A stretch of 64,000 nt of DNA from Candidatus Bathyarchaeota archaeon (GCA_963702095.1 OY969706.1:2009840-2073839), one strand, 5' to 3'. Positions 8,488 to 18,208 are shown, counted from the first letter of the stretch. Notes: generated by a model not told the origin, from the letters alone. A program made the numbers and translations.

Positions 8488-8945
8488 CGTTTGGCTTTGG
8501 GCGACTTGGGTTTGCGTGCTGGTGGTGATTTAACGATTTTTGCTGCTTGTTTAGGTTTAGCAGGTGACTTCTTAGAAGTATTCCACTTTGGGTATTCGCC
8601 GTGCTCTTTTTTGAAGTTCTCAAGCAGTTGTTCCTGAGTGGTCTTGGGTTTGTCGCTTAGCATCCAGCCGACTGCAACCTTTTCTATGAAGCCGTCGTCA
8701 AAAAGCAGGGAGTGGATTTTCCTGGTTGTTTTTCCGCCGTATCCAGCTAAGTAGCCGCCGAAGACTCTTTTTGTGGGTTTTTTGGATTTGCCGATGAAGA
8801 GTATGTCGGAGGATGGTTTGTCACTGACTGTAGAATCGATTAGCACTATAACGCTGTTTTTGTTGTAGGGCAGGCTTGTGATTGGTAGGCCTTTGAGGGG
8901 TAAGAATTCGGTGAAGCCATTTTCCTTTAGGTTCTGGGAGTTCAT
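8484..8945 (-). CDS. Hypothetical protein: GIY-YIG-like core (weak) with Lys/Pro-rich basic tail
   Basis: 153-aa ORF. 'VIVLIDS...ILFIGKSKKPTKRVFGGY...EQLLENFKKEHGEYPKWN' loosely follows the GIY...YIG...R...E...N spacing. The C-terminal tail 'KKSPAKPKQAAKIVKSPPARKPKSPKAKR' is SPKK-like. Confidence 0.45.
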   Translation of the reverse strand: MNSQNLKENGFTEFLPLKGLPITSLPYNKNSVIVLIDSTVSDKPSSDILFIGKSKKPTKRVFGGYLAGYGGKTTRKIHSLLFDDGFIEKVAVGWMLSDKPKTTQEQLLENFKKEHGEYPKWNTSKKSPAKPKQAAKIVKSPPARKPKSPKAKR

Positions 8946-9283
8946 GTATTTGAGTAGGCGAATGCCAGAATTTAACCGTTACTATATTAAATATATTGCA
9001 CTATAGATTTTATGTTCAAAGGACTTAACCATCACATGCGACTTAACTCGTTCACGGTGTTCTTCAGTGAACAAGAAAGTACCGCTCTTCAAATTCGAAA
9101 GCTTTACAGTCGCCCGCCCTAAATGCAGAGACATAAGCGATTTGCCAAGGAAGCACAACCGCTGAATCCCTTCGAGTCTACGCCCACAACTTATTATTTA
9201 CACGAGTCACTATATAGTATATTGCGCTCATTGTCTTTCGGTAAAATAGATGCGCCGAAGGAGAGGGCTCGGTAGGGTAAGGT

Positions 9284-11422
9284 TTGTCGACTAAATCCAA
9301 TTTCTATACTGAAGAAAACAGTGTTCTGCCCCAAGAGATTAACCTAGATAACCCAAGGTACTACATTAATAGGGAACTGAGTTGGGTAAGATTCAACGCC
9401 CGCATCCTAGAAGAAGCACGTGATGAATGGCACCCCGTACTTGAGAGAATCAAATTCATCGCTATATGCGGTAGCAACCTTGACGAGTTTTTCATGACAA
9501 GAGTCGCCAAGTTGATAAAGAAAAATAACAAGCGCTCTGAGGAAAAATCCATGGACGACACGACCGCTATGGAACAGATAAATGCCACCCGCCAAGAGAT
9601 TATTCCTTTGCTTGTGAAGCATGCGGATTGCTGGAAAAACGAGCTTGTGCCTGCTCTATCGAAAGAGGAGATATTTATTCGGCAGTTTAGCGAGTTGCCC
9701 GATAGCTCCAAAGAAAGTTTGCGGGAGTATTTTAAAACCGCTATCTTACCTGAAATGCAGGTTTACAAACCCGATTTTGACAGCGCATGTATAGAGAATC
9801 TACGGGTCTGCATATGCGTTGTCGGCTTTGGAGAGGATTCTTATAGGATTGTTGAGGTTCCAACTGAACATGTTGGCCGCTTAATTGGGTTTCCTCAAAG
9901 AACCTACAGGCAGGTTTTAGATGGCGAATTAGAGTTTGTATTTCTTGAAGACCTCATTTGTAATTGTTTAGACCTTGTTTTTCCAAACGAAAAAAGCATA
10001 GCAGGGTATCCTTTTCGGTTGACCCGTAACGGCGAGATAGAAATTCTTATGGATGAATCCTCTGACTTCATGAGTTCCATAAAGAAGGGGGTTTCCAGAA
10101 GGAAAACAGGGTTCCCCACCAGACTTGAATTCGACAAAAGAACGCCCTCAAAAGTCAGGGAAACAATAACAGCTCACTTTAATTTACCACCGTACTTGAT
10201 CTACGAGTTTGATGGACCACTAGGGCTTGTAGATTTATGGCAGCTACATAAGGTGAATCGCCCGGATTTGAAGGACAAAACGTTTCTTCCCTCAATTCTG
10301 CCGCTGCTGACTCCCAACGAGAACCTGTTTCAAACTATAGCGAAAAGGGATATTGTCCTCTATCATCCCTATGATGGGTTTGAAGTAATCATCGACCTGC
10401 TCAAGGAAGCAGCACAGGATAGGGGGGTTGAAAAAATATTCATCACAATGTATCGCATGGACCATAAATCCCCCATCGTTGATGCACTCATAGATGCAGT
10501 GAGAAACGGCAAAAAAGTAACCGCTATAGTTGAGTTGAAGGCAAAGTTTGATGAAGAAAACAATATTTTGCTGGTTTCTAAGTTTAGGGCGGCAGGCATC
10601 AACGTGGTTTACAATTTCCCTAACCTGAAAGTCCACGCTAAACTCTGTCTTATAGTTAGGAAAGAAAAGAAGAACATCGTCAGGTATTCACATATAGGGT
10701 CAGGCAACTATAACGCGGTAACCGCAAAAATCTACGGCGACATCGGGTACTTAACAGCTAACCATGACGTTGGAGTGGAGTTGGATGAGCTCTTCCACAT
10801 ATTGATTAATGGATTACAGGAAAAAGAGTTCAAGCATTTACTTGTTGCCCCAAGGTCTCTTAAAAATGAAATTCTTAGACGAATCGATAGGGAAATCGAG
10901 GTACACCGCAAAACCGGCAAAGGCTACCTCGCATTTAAACTGAACAACTTAGAAGAGAAAGATATCATAAAAGCGCTCTATAGGGCATCTATGGCGGGAA
11001 TTAAAGTGGACCTTAACGTGAGGGCTCTTTGCTGTCTACGACCAGGAATCAAAGGAGTCAGCGATAATATCTCGGTGATCTCCATTGTGGGCCGTTTCTT
11101 GGAGCATGCCCGCATGTACTTTTTCCAGAACGGCTACGACCATGAACTCTTAATCGGCAGTTCAGATATGATGTTCCGCAACCTCAACGAACGAGTGGAA
11201 GTTCTCTTTAGCGTTCCTGACCCCCAGATTCGATGCGCAATCCTCGAGGACATGCTGAAGATACACCTCAAAGATAACGTTAAAGCCAGAAAGCTCCTTT
11301 CTGATGGAACTTACGAAAAGGTTTTACCCAAAGAAGGCGAAAAAGGTCTAAATTCTCAGTTCTGGCTAATTCAAAACCGAGGCATCTGGCATGAATACGC
11401 AGCCTACATCTCAGATATGTGA
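9284..11422 (+). CDS. ppk1: Polyphosphate kinase 1
   Basis: 712-aa ORF. 'YINRELSWVRFNARILEEA' is the canonical PPK1 N-terminus. It has two PLD-like C-terminal domains ('KVHAKLCLIVR', 'RFLEHARMYFF'). TTG start. Confidence 0.95.
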   Translation: MSTKSNFYTEENSVLPQEINLDNPRYYINRELSWVRFNARILEEARDEWHPVLERIKFIAICGSNLDEFFMTRVAKLIKKNNKRSEEKSMDDTTAMEQINATRQEIIPLLVKHADCWKNELVPALSKEEIFIRQFSELPDSSKESLREYFKTAILPEMQVYKPDFDSACIENLRVCICVVGFGEDSYRIVEVPTEHVGRLIGFPQRTYRQVLDGELEFVFLEDLICNCLDLVFPNEKSIAGYPFRLTRNGEIEILMDESSDFMSSIKKGVSRRKTGFPTRLEFDKRTPSKVRETITAHFNLPPYLIYEFDGPLGLVDLWQLHKVNRPDLKDKTFLPSILPLLTPNENLFQTIAKRDIVLYHPYDGFEVIIDLLKEAAQDRGVEKIFITMYRMDHKSPIVDALIDAVRNGKKVTAIVELKAKFDEENNILLVSKFRAAGINVVYNFPNLKVHAKLCLIVRKEKKNIVRYSHIGSGNYNAVTAKIYGDIGYLTANHDVGVELDELFHILINGLQEKEFKHLLVAPRSLKNEILRRIDREIEVHRKTGKGYLAFKLNNLEEKDIIKALYRASMAGIKVDLNVRALCCLRPGIKGVSDNISVISIVGRFLEHARMYFFQNGYDHELLIGSSDMMFRNLNERVEVLFSVPDPQIRCAILEDMLKIHLKDNVKARKLLSDGTYEKVLPKEGEKGLNSQFWLIQNRGIWHEYAAYISDM

Positions 11423-13724
11423 GTTAAACAGGAGTTACTGCAGATTCGGAACGGAAACACTGCTTAAACTTCTCGACGGCGTCGACAACTTAATCGATGG
11501 AGTCGTAGAGAATGTTGATATTGAATGTGTCCATAAAACCCGTGTTGCTTCCCGTCGATTAAGGGCGGCTCTGCCTCTGTTTAGCGCCTGTTTTGACAAA
11601 AAAGACTACAAAGACTGGACAAAGGAAATCAAGAAAGTCACTAAACTGCTTTCCCAAGCAAGAGACCTTGACGTCCAAATCGCCTTTATCGAACAATACC
11701 TAAAAAAACTCAGCTCAGCGGAAGAGAAAGCAGGCATTAATGTGCTACTTAAGGACCATAAAAGCTGTCGAAAAAACATCCAATCCCAGGTCGATTCAGG
11801 GCTAAAAGAACTAAAAGACTGCAGCACCCTCGGCGATGTGGAGCATAACTGCAAGGACATACTTGCTCAAGAGCTAAACCAACCCTTTGACCCCGCTCAA
11901 GTGCTGGAAAAAGCCCACTGGCACATATCCTATAGACTGGATGATTTTCTGTCGATGGCAGCCTACGTTTATGTGGAGAAAGAAAAATCAAAGCATCACC
12001 AGATGAGGATTTATGCTAAGAAGCTACGTTACACGATGGAGTGCTTTGCTCCTCTCTATCCAGATAAGCTCAATGGTGAAATAGAAACCATAAAAAACTT
12101 CCAAGATGTCCTAGGCGAAATGCATGACTGCGACGTCTGGACCGATTACATCCCCCAATTTAACAGAAAAATACAGGGAAAAACAAAACTTCCAAAGGGC
12201 ACAAATAAACAAAAAATCAATCAAGCCCTCCATAACTTCCAAACCTACGTAGTAGACCGCAGAAAGAACTACTACAACCAGTTCATTAAACTCTGGGAGG
12301 AAAAAGAAGAAAACGGTTTTTTTGATAAACTAAGGGAAAAAACTGGGCGACACTATATGGCGTTAACTCAAGAGAGAATAAAAAAAGCGCTCAGGGACCC
12401 TAACGTGAAAATCGCGTTGATATCTGACGTCCATGCTAACCTGCAAGCTCTGGAGAAAGTGTTTGAAGACGCAATGAGCCGTGGAGCCAACGTTTTTCTC
12501 AATGCAGGCGACTCAATCGGTTTCGGCGCTAACCCCAACGAAGTGATAAAGTTGCTTTGTGAAAGAGGCGTCTTAAGCATCATGGGCAACTATGACTTAG
12601 AAGTGTTAGAGGGTAAAAGTGATGCTAAAGCAGAAAAAAAGGCAGCTTACAAATTTGCCAAAAAAGAACTGTCACAGTCAGCGAACTGTTATCTTCAGTC
12701 TTTGCCGCATGAACTCCGCCTTGAAGCAGTAGGACAGAAACTTTTCGTTACCCATGGAAGCCCCGAATCCATCGAAGAACACATTTACCAAGATACTCCG
12801 CCACAGCGTCTTGAAGTTTTTGCGGCTGTCGCCCAAGCAGACATCATTGTCGGGGGGCATTCGCATGAGCAGTTTCAGCGGACAACAAACGGAACCTGCT
12901 TTGTGAATCCGGGGAGCGTGGGCAGACCCGGCGACGGCAACCCTCAGGCCGGCTACGCTCTCCTCACCTTCAACCCCCTCAATATTGAATTGGTCAGGGT
13001 GGATTATGATGTTTGGGCTGCTGCAGACGCACTTAGAAAAGAGGGGCTGCCGGAGAGTTTTGCACAGATGCTTCTGTATGGAGTATCCCTTGATGTTATA
13101 ACAAAGGAAGATCATGCTAAAGCTGGCTTTTCTGAGGCAGACTGCACAAGGGCGGTGGATGCATCAGGTAAGTTTTCGCGGGAACTATGGCCGGACGTTG
13201 ACCATTATAAACAGGTAACTAATCTTGCGTTAGGCTTGTTTGATGGGCTGGCTAAATTGCACAAGTTGGGTAAGCGGGAGCGTTGCTGGTTGGAATGCGC
13301 CGCCATATTACATGATGTCGGCTTGTCAAAAAACAGCGGTAAACACCACAAAAGCTCGATGCAAATCATCTTAAACAGCACCCAACTGCCGTTTCCATCC
13401 ATGGATAGAAGGGTAATCGCAAGCATCGCCCGATACCACCGCAAGGCAATGCCGAAACAAAAGCACTACAATTTAACTACTTTAAACCGCGCCACAATCC
13501 ATAAAATCTGTATTTTATCGAGTCTTCTGCGTTTGGCAGACAGTCTTGATTACACTCATGAATCCGCCGTTAAACTGTTAGGCATCAAAGTTGGGACCAA
13601 AAAAGTAACTGTTGAATGCGTTTCTAAGACGGATTTTGCACTGGAAGAGCAGGCGTTTATTAAGAAGAAGGACTTGTTTGAAAAAGTCTTTAATAGAAAA
13701 ACGATGCTGGTATGGAAACAGTGA
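11391..13724 (+). CDS. Three-module fusion: CHAD domain, calcineurin-like metallophosphoesterase and Ppx-C-terminal-type HD domain
   Basis: 777-aa ORF.
- CHAD helices: 'VHKTRVASRRLRAALPLF' and 'HHQMRIYAKKLRYTMECF'.
- Metallophosphoesterase motifs: 'ISDVHAN', 'NAGDSIGFG', 'MGNYD', 'THGSP', 'GGHSHEQF'.
- C-terminal HD module: 'AAILHDVGL...HHKSS...ARYHRKAMPK'.
The start overlaps the ppk1 end by 32 nt and the stop overlaps the ppx start by 13 nt. Confidence 0.85.
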   Translation: MNTQPTSQICELNRSYCRFGTETLLKLLDGVDNLIDGVVENVDIECVHKTRVASRRLRAALPLFSACFDKKDYKDWTKEIKKVTKLLSQARDLDVQIAFIEQYLKKLSSAEEKAGINVLLKDHKSCRKNIQSQVDSGLKELKDCSTLGDVEHNCKDILAQELNQPFDPAQVLEKAHWHISYRLDDFLSMAAYVYVEKEKSKHHQMRIYAKKLRYTMECFAPLYPDKLNGEIETIKNFQDVLGEMHDCDVWTDYIPQFNRKIQGKTKLPKGTNKQKINQALHNFQTYVVDRRKNYYNQFIKLWEEKEENGFFDKLREKTGRHYMALTQERIKKALRDPNVKIALISDVHANLQALEKVFEDAMSRGANVFLNAGDSIGFGANPNEVIKLLCERGVLSIMGNYDLEVLEGKSDAKAEKKAAYKFAKKELSQSANCYLQSLPHELRLEAVGQKLFVTHGSPESIEEHIYQDTPPQRLEVFAAVAQADIIVGGHSHEQFQRTTNGTCFVNPGSVGRPGDGNPQAGYALLTFNPLNIELVRVDYDVWAAADALRKEGLPESFAQMLLYGVSLDVITKEDHAKAGFSEADCTRAVDASGKFSRELWPDVDHYKQVTNLALGLFDGLAKLHKLGKRERCWLECAAILHDVGLSKNSGKHHKSSMQIILNSTQLPFPSMDRRVIASIARYHRKAMPKQKHYNLTTLNRATIHKICILSSLLRLADSLDYTHESAVKLLGIKVGTKKVTVECVSKTDFALEEQAFIKKKDLFEKVFNRKTMLVWKQ

Positions 13725-15289
13725 AAACCGCAGAACGTGTCGTGGGATTCATTGATATCGGCACAAACGCCGTACGACTTCTAGTGGTTAGGATAAACCC
13801 AAACCTTTCTTACACGATAATAAGCCAAGAGAAAGAAGTAGTGAGGCTAGGCGAACAGGAATTCAAAGATTGCATTCTAAGACCTGACGCTAAGGAAAGA
13901 GCTATTTTCGTATGCGGTAAATTCGCTGCGCTAGCTAGAACCTACGGTGCAGACGAAATCGTTTCGGTTGGAACTTCAGCGATTAGGGAAGCCATAAACA
14001 GAGACGAATTTCTTGGGGAACTTAAAGCGAAAACTGGGTTAGAAGTTAAGGTTATTTCGGGGCAAGAGGAAGCAAGGCTCATCTGGTTGGGCGTATCCAG
14101 CGGGATAGACATCGGCGACCAAAAAGCGTTGTTCATAGATTTAGGCGGAGGCAGCACTGAAATTGCAATCGCAAATCAAAACGAATGCTTCTACATCAAC
14201 AGCCTCCGCTTGGGTGCAATCCGTTTGACTTCACAGTTTATCGGTGAAGGCTGGACTGGACCCATAAGCGCCGAAACATACAAGCAAATCCGGAACTACT
14301 CCTGCAACAAAATAAACATCGTAAAATCCCGAGTTCTACAATACGGTGTCAGGTTAGCGTGGGGTTCTTCTGGGACGATGATTAATCTGGCAGAGGTTTC
14401 GAATAAACTGTTCAAGAAAACTGCCGGCGAAAAGGAACTGGTATTGTCCAGAAAGAACCTCAAAAAATTGGCCACTGTGCTTTGTTGGCTGCCCCTTGAG
14501 GAACGAAGAAAAGTACCAGCCATCAACCCTGACCGCGCAGATATTATTATCGCTGGAGCCGCGATAATCGAAGCGGTTATGGAACAGTTTGGACTCGAAG
14601 AAATAAACATCAGCCACCGAGAACTCCGAGACGGCCTACTGGTTGACTACCTCTCCAAGTATGAAGGCTTTAGGCAACTTCAAAAAACCCCTATGAGAAA
14701 CCGCAGCATTTTGCATTTGGGGAGATCATGCAATTTCGATGAGAAACACGCTGAAACAGTCACTACATTGGCTTTACAGCTTTTTGACAGTGCAAAACAG
14801 GTTGGTTTACATCGCATGGGCGAAAAAGAAAGAGAACTGCTAAAACACGCGGCTACTCTCCATGACGTCGGCGACTTTCTCTCCTTCAACAATCACCATC
14901 TCCACTCACACTACATCATCAGTAACGCGGGGCTCCCAGGCTTCGATAAGGAAGAAATCCAAATCATTGCTAACATCGCCCGTTTCCACAGAAAAAAGTT
15001 GCCTTCCAAGAAAGCCCTAAAATATGAGGGGCTCGACGAGGAAAACAAAGACACTGTGGCGTTACTATCTACGTTTTTGAGGTTTGCTGAAAAACTTGAT
15101 CGAAGCCACTGTGGGTTGGTGAAGAAAGCAGAGTTTGTCAAGGTCAATAAAGACCAAGTGCTTCTTAGGTTCTATTCAGACACGGATTGTAGCCTTGAAG
15201 AGTGGAGTATCATCCAGAATCGGCAGGCGTTTTTCGAAGCGTTCGAGAAGCAGTTGGAAGCGCAATGCATCGAAACCCCCAGCAAATAG
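13712..15289 (+). CDS. ppx: Exopolyphosphatase, Ppx/GppA family
   Basis: 525-aa ORF. ASKHA motifs 'FIDIGTNAVRLLV' and 'FIDLGGGSTEI'. C-terminal HD domain 'AATLHDVGDF...ARFHRKKLP'. Confidence 0.92.
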   Translation: METVKTAERVVGFIDIGTNAVRLLVVRINPNLSYTIISQEKEVVRLGEQEFKDCILRPDAKERAIFVCGKFAALARTYGADEIVSVGTSAIREAINRDEFLGELKAKTGLEVKVISGQEEARLIWLGVSSGIDIGDQKALFIDLGGGSTEIAIANQNECFYINSLRLGAIRLTSQFIGEGWTGPISAETYKQIRNYSCNKINIVKSRVLQYGVRLAWGSSGTMINLAEVSNKLFKKTAGEKELVLSRKNLKKLATVLCWLPLEERRKVPAINPDRADIIIAGAAIIEAVMEQFGLEEINISHRELRDGLLVDYLSKYEGFRQLQKTPMRNRSILHLGRSCNFDEKHAETVTTLALQLFDSAKQVGLHRMGEKERELLKHAATLHDVGDFLSFNNHHLHSHYIISNAGLPGFDKEEIQIIANIARFHRKKLPSKKALKYEGLDEENKDTVALLSTFLRFAEKLDRSHCGLVKKAEFVKVNKDQVLLRFYSDTDCSLEEWSIIQNRQAFFEAFEKQLEAQCIETPSK

Positions 15290-15450
15290 CAGTAAACTGG
15301 GTTATGGAGAGCCCAACGTTCCTTTATAAAAACGGGGGATACCTCTAAGATAGGTCGCGTGGGCTCCAACATGGCTTTTGAGCTGCTTGAGGAAAACGCC
15401 TCAACCATATAGCACCCCATCTCCGTTGCAGAACCCAAACAGAGCCGTCT

Positions 15451-15512
15451 GCCAAGCCCCTAAGAAGATGATGAGCAAGGGGCACTCTCTCTTCTTCTTA
15501 AACTAGAAAACA
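15451..15512 (+). repeat. Copy A of a roughly 62-nt direct repeat (partner at 60701-60764)
   Basis: Hand alignment of GCCAAGCCCCTAAGAAGATGATGAGCAAGGGGCACTCTCTCTTCTTCTTAAACTAGAAAACAC against the 60.7-kb copy. There is one 1-nt indel, and weaker similarity extends about 15-20 nt leftwards. Confidence 0.6.
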
Positions 15513-15537
15513 CAACTTGCCATTCTGCAGGATGCGG

Positions 15538-16440
15538 TCACTCTTTTTCCAGTTCCGCCTTAGCTTTAGACAACTCTTTCCGTTGCGCATCAGACACAGA
15601 AGGATACTTCAAGTCTAGTTTCTGTATTTGAGTAACGATGATTTCGGAGATAAGGGCATGCGTCACCCATTTTTTGTCTGCGGGAATAATGTACCAAGAA
15701 GCCCACTCAGTGCTGGTTCTGCTTAGCATTTCCCCGTATGCCTGCTGGTACTGCTGCCACTTGGAGCGTTCAGAGAGGTCTGCTAAAGAGAATTTCCAGT
15801 ATTTATCTGGGTTTTCTAGGCGTTTTAGTAAGCGGTCTTTCTGTTTCTTCTCTGAAATATGCAAGAAAAACTTGAGTACCACCGTGCCGTTTCGGATTAG
15901 ATGTCGTTCGAAGCAGTTTATGTCTTCATAGCGTTGACCCCAAAAGGCTTCACCATCGGCATGAGGCGGCAACTTGTTTTTTTCTAAAACTTCAGGACGA
16001 ACCTTCACGACCAAGACGTCTTCGTAGTAAGAGCGGTTAAAGATTCCGATGCGTCCCCTCTCTGGGAGGGCTTTTTGGTGTCGCCAAAGAAAATCATGGT
16101 CAAGTTCCTCCTCACTGGGGGTTTTAAAGCTTGTTACCTCGCATCCCTGCGGATTAACCCCAGACATAACATGGCGGATGGTGCTGTCTTTGCCTGCGGC
16201 ATCCATGCCCTGCAGAATAATCAACATTGCGTAGTTATCGCTGGCCCAAAGCAGCTCCTGTTCGTTTATTAGTTTTTGACGGTTTTCCGCAAGGACCGCT
16301 GTCGCGTGTTGTTTTACGGTTTTTTTGTGTTTTTCCTCTCTAACCCACTTCGGAGCCCAGTTTGAGGGGTAAGTTTTCAAGTCTACTTTTTTGCCGACTG
16401 GCACTTTAAAGTCTTCAGGGTGCATTGACATTAAAACCAA
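15538..16440 (-). CDS. ppk2: Polyphosphate kinase 2 family (polyP:nucleotide phosphotransferase), single-domain
   Basis: 300-aa ORF. P-loop 'ILQGMDAAGKDSTIRHV', plus 'FNRSYYEDVLVVKV' and 'KFFLHISEKKQKDRLLKR', typical of PPK2. Confidence 0.92.
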   Translation of the reverse strand: MVLMSMHPEDFKVPVGKKVDLKTYPSNWAPKWVREEKHKKTVKQHATAVLAENRQKLINEQELLWASDNYAMLIILQGMDAAGKDSTIRHVMSGVNPQGCEVTSFKTPSEEELDHDFLWRHQKALPERGRIGIFNRSYYEDVLVVKVRPEVLEKNKLPPHADGEAFWGQRYEDINCFERHLIRNGTVVLKFFLHISEKKQKDRLLKRLENPDKYWKFSLADLSERSKWQQYQQAYGEMLSRTSTEWASWYIIPADKKWVTHALISEIIVTQIQKLDLKYPSVSDAQRKELSKAKAELEKE

Positions 16441-16630
16441 CCTATTGTTTGTAGGTTAATGTTGCATATATTTGCTAGGGCAACTTCCGCTGTCCCGGTT
16501 GAAGAATCCATGGCGTGAATCGTCAGACTTTTTTATAGGAAAACCTAAAAAACAGCAGCTACCTTAACAGTAAACTAAGCGACACAGCGAATCAGCACTG
16601 TGTTAAGCGACTAATTATCAAAGTTAACTA

Positions 16631-18208
16631 ATGCTTGGAGAGAGGAGTCCCACAATGGTTGAAAAGCCTGCATTCACCGGTGAAAAGAAAGCCAGCGGTG
16701 ACAGTGCCAATTGCCATTCAGTCAGCAGCCAAAACATCCACCAGGGCTTATTCGTGCATATGAACGATGGATTCGCATACTGCAAAGTAATCTTTGACCA
16801 ATCAGGCAACCCCATAGACTACGTTTTCTGTGAAGTAAACAAAGCTTTTCGACAGATAACCAAGATATGTGACAGACCTATAATCGGGGAAAAAACCACC
16901 GAGGTCTACCCTTGGTCAAAGACAGAAGCGTCTGAATGGATAAAAATATGCGGCACAATCGCTCAAACAGGAAAAAGCATGATGTTTGAGGGACAATGCA
17001 AATCGTTGAATCGATGGTTTGCAGTTAACGCTTACTGCCCAGAAAAAGGCTATGTCGCCATGATAATCAAGGACATCTCTGGGCGCAAAAAAACGGAGCA
17101 GGCGCTGAGGCAGAGCGAAAGGCAATATAAGAAACTCGCTAACAGCATAACTGACCCCTTTTTCGCTTTGGATTCCTGTTTAAAGTTCACTTACTGGAAT
17201 AAAGCAAGCGAAAAAAGCATGGGAATCAAAAGCGCAGATACGCTGGGGAAACATTTCTTTGATGTTTTCGGCCGAACTAGAGCTACCCGCAAAGCCTCCA
17301 GCGTCTACCTTGATGTTATGCGGACAAAGTGCCCCCGGACCATTATTGACCGGCTTCCTAAAGCCGAAGCTGAAACAGTGTTTGAAATCGAAGTGTCCCC
17401 CACCGGCAACGGCATTTCAGTGTTAGCTAAAGATATCACGGAACGTAAGAAAAAGCAAATTATCATGGAGGAATATGCTAAGCGGCTTGAGGAACTGGTG
17501 AAGGTTCGCACGGAGAAGTTGAAAAATGCTGAGCGGTTAGCTGCGATTGGTGAAACTGCAGGCATGATTGGTCATGACATCCGCAATCCGCTACAATCCA
17601 TAATCGGTGAATTGTATCTGGCAAAAGATGAGTTAAGTGATCTAGCGGATTTAGGGGCAAAAGAGAGATTGCTCGACAGCCTCGACCACATCGAAGAACA
17701 AACGCTCTACATCAACAAGATTGTGGCGGACCTTCAGGATTTCGCTAAACCCCTAACCCCCGTCACCACAGAAACCGACCTTGAACAAATAGTTAAAGCG
17801 GTAATGCGGGAGTTAGAAGTGCCAGCCAACGTTAAAGCCGCGTATTCGGTTACCAAGCCCTTTCCACTCCTCAAAACCGACCCCTCGTTTATCAAACGCA
17901 TCCTCACAAACTTGGTTCGCAACGGCATACAAGCCATGGATGAATACGGAGGCGAATTGTCGGTGAATGCTTTTCCAAGAGATGGTTCAGTTATACTGGC
18001 AGTTTCAGATACTGGCGCAGGTATCCCTGATGCAGTTAAGGAAAAACTGTTCAAACCCCTGTTTACAACCAAGTCAAAGGGGCAGGGTTTTGGGTTGCCT
18101 GTGGTGAAAAAACTAGTTGAGGCGTTAGAGGGAAACGTGAGTTTTGAAACTCAAGTGGGTAAGGGCACAACTTTTGTTGTTGAATTGCCCTTGAAACGGA
18201 AGGTTTAG
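16631..18208 (+). CDS. PAS-domain sensor histidine kinase (no response regulator nearby)
   Basis: 525-aa ORF with two PAS-like segments. H-box 'GHDIRNPLQSI', N-box 'LVRNGIQAM', G1 'VSDTGAGIP', G2 'GQGFGLPVVKKLVE'. Confidence 0.85.
   Translation: MLGERSPTMVEKPAFTGEKKASGDSANCHSVSSQNIHQGLFVHMNDGFAYCKVIFDQSGNPIDYVFCEVNKAFRQITKICDRPIIGEKTTEVYPWSKTEASEWIKICGTIAQTGKSMMFEGQCKSLNRWFAVNAYCPEKGYVAMIIKDISGRKKTEQALRQSERQYKKLANSITDPFFALDSCLKFTYWNKASEKSMGIKSADTLGKHFFDVFGRTRATRKASSVYLDVMRTKCPRTIIDRLPKAEAETVFEIEVSPTGNGISVLAKDITERKKKQIIMEEYAKRLEELVKVRTEKLKNAERLAAIGETAGMIGHDIRNPLQSIIGELYLAKDELSDLADLGAKERLLDSLDHIEEQTLYINKIVADLQDFAKPLTPVTTETDLEQIVKAVMRELEVPANVKAAYSVTKPFPLLKTDPSFIKRILTNLVRNGIQAMDEYGGELSVNAFPRDGSVILAVSDTGAGIPDAVKEKLFKPLFTTKSKGQGFGLPVVKKLVEALEGNVSFETQVGKGTTFVVELPLKRKV

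Noticed and set aside
9361-11000. Antisense shadow ORFs inside ppk1. Similar shadow ORFs lie inside the CHAD fusion, ppx, ppk2, HK, pst genes, ppdK, atpA/B/I and the 856-aa and 963-aa genes.
   Set aside because: They are fully nested in, and antisense or out of frame to, long ORFs with unambiguous family motifs. They have no independent support.
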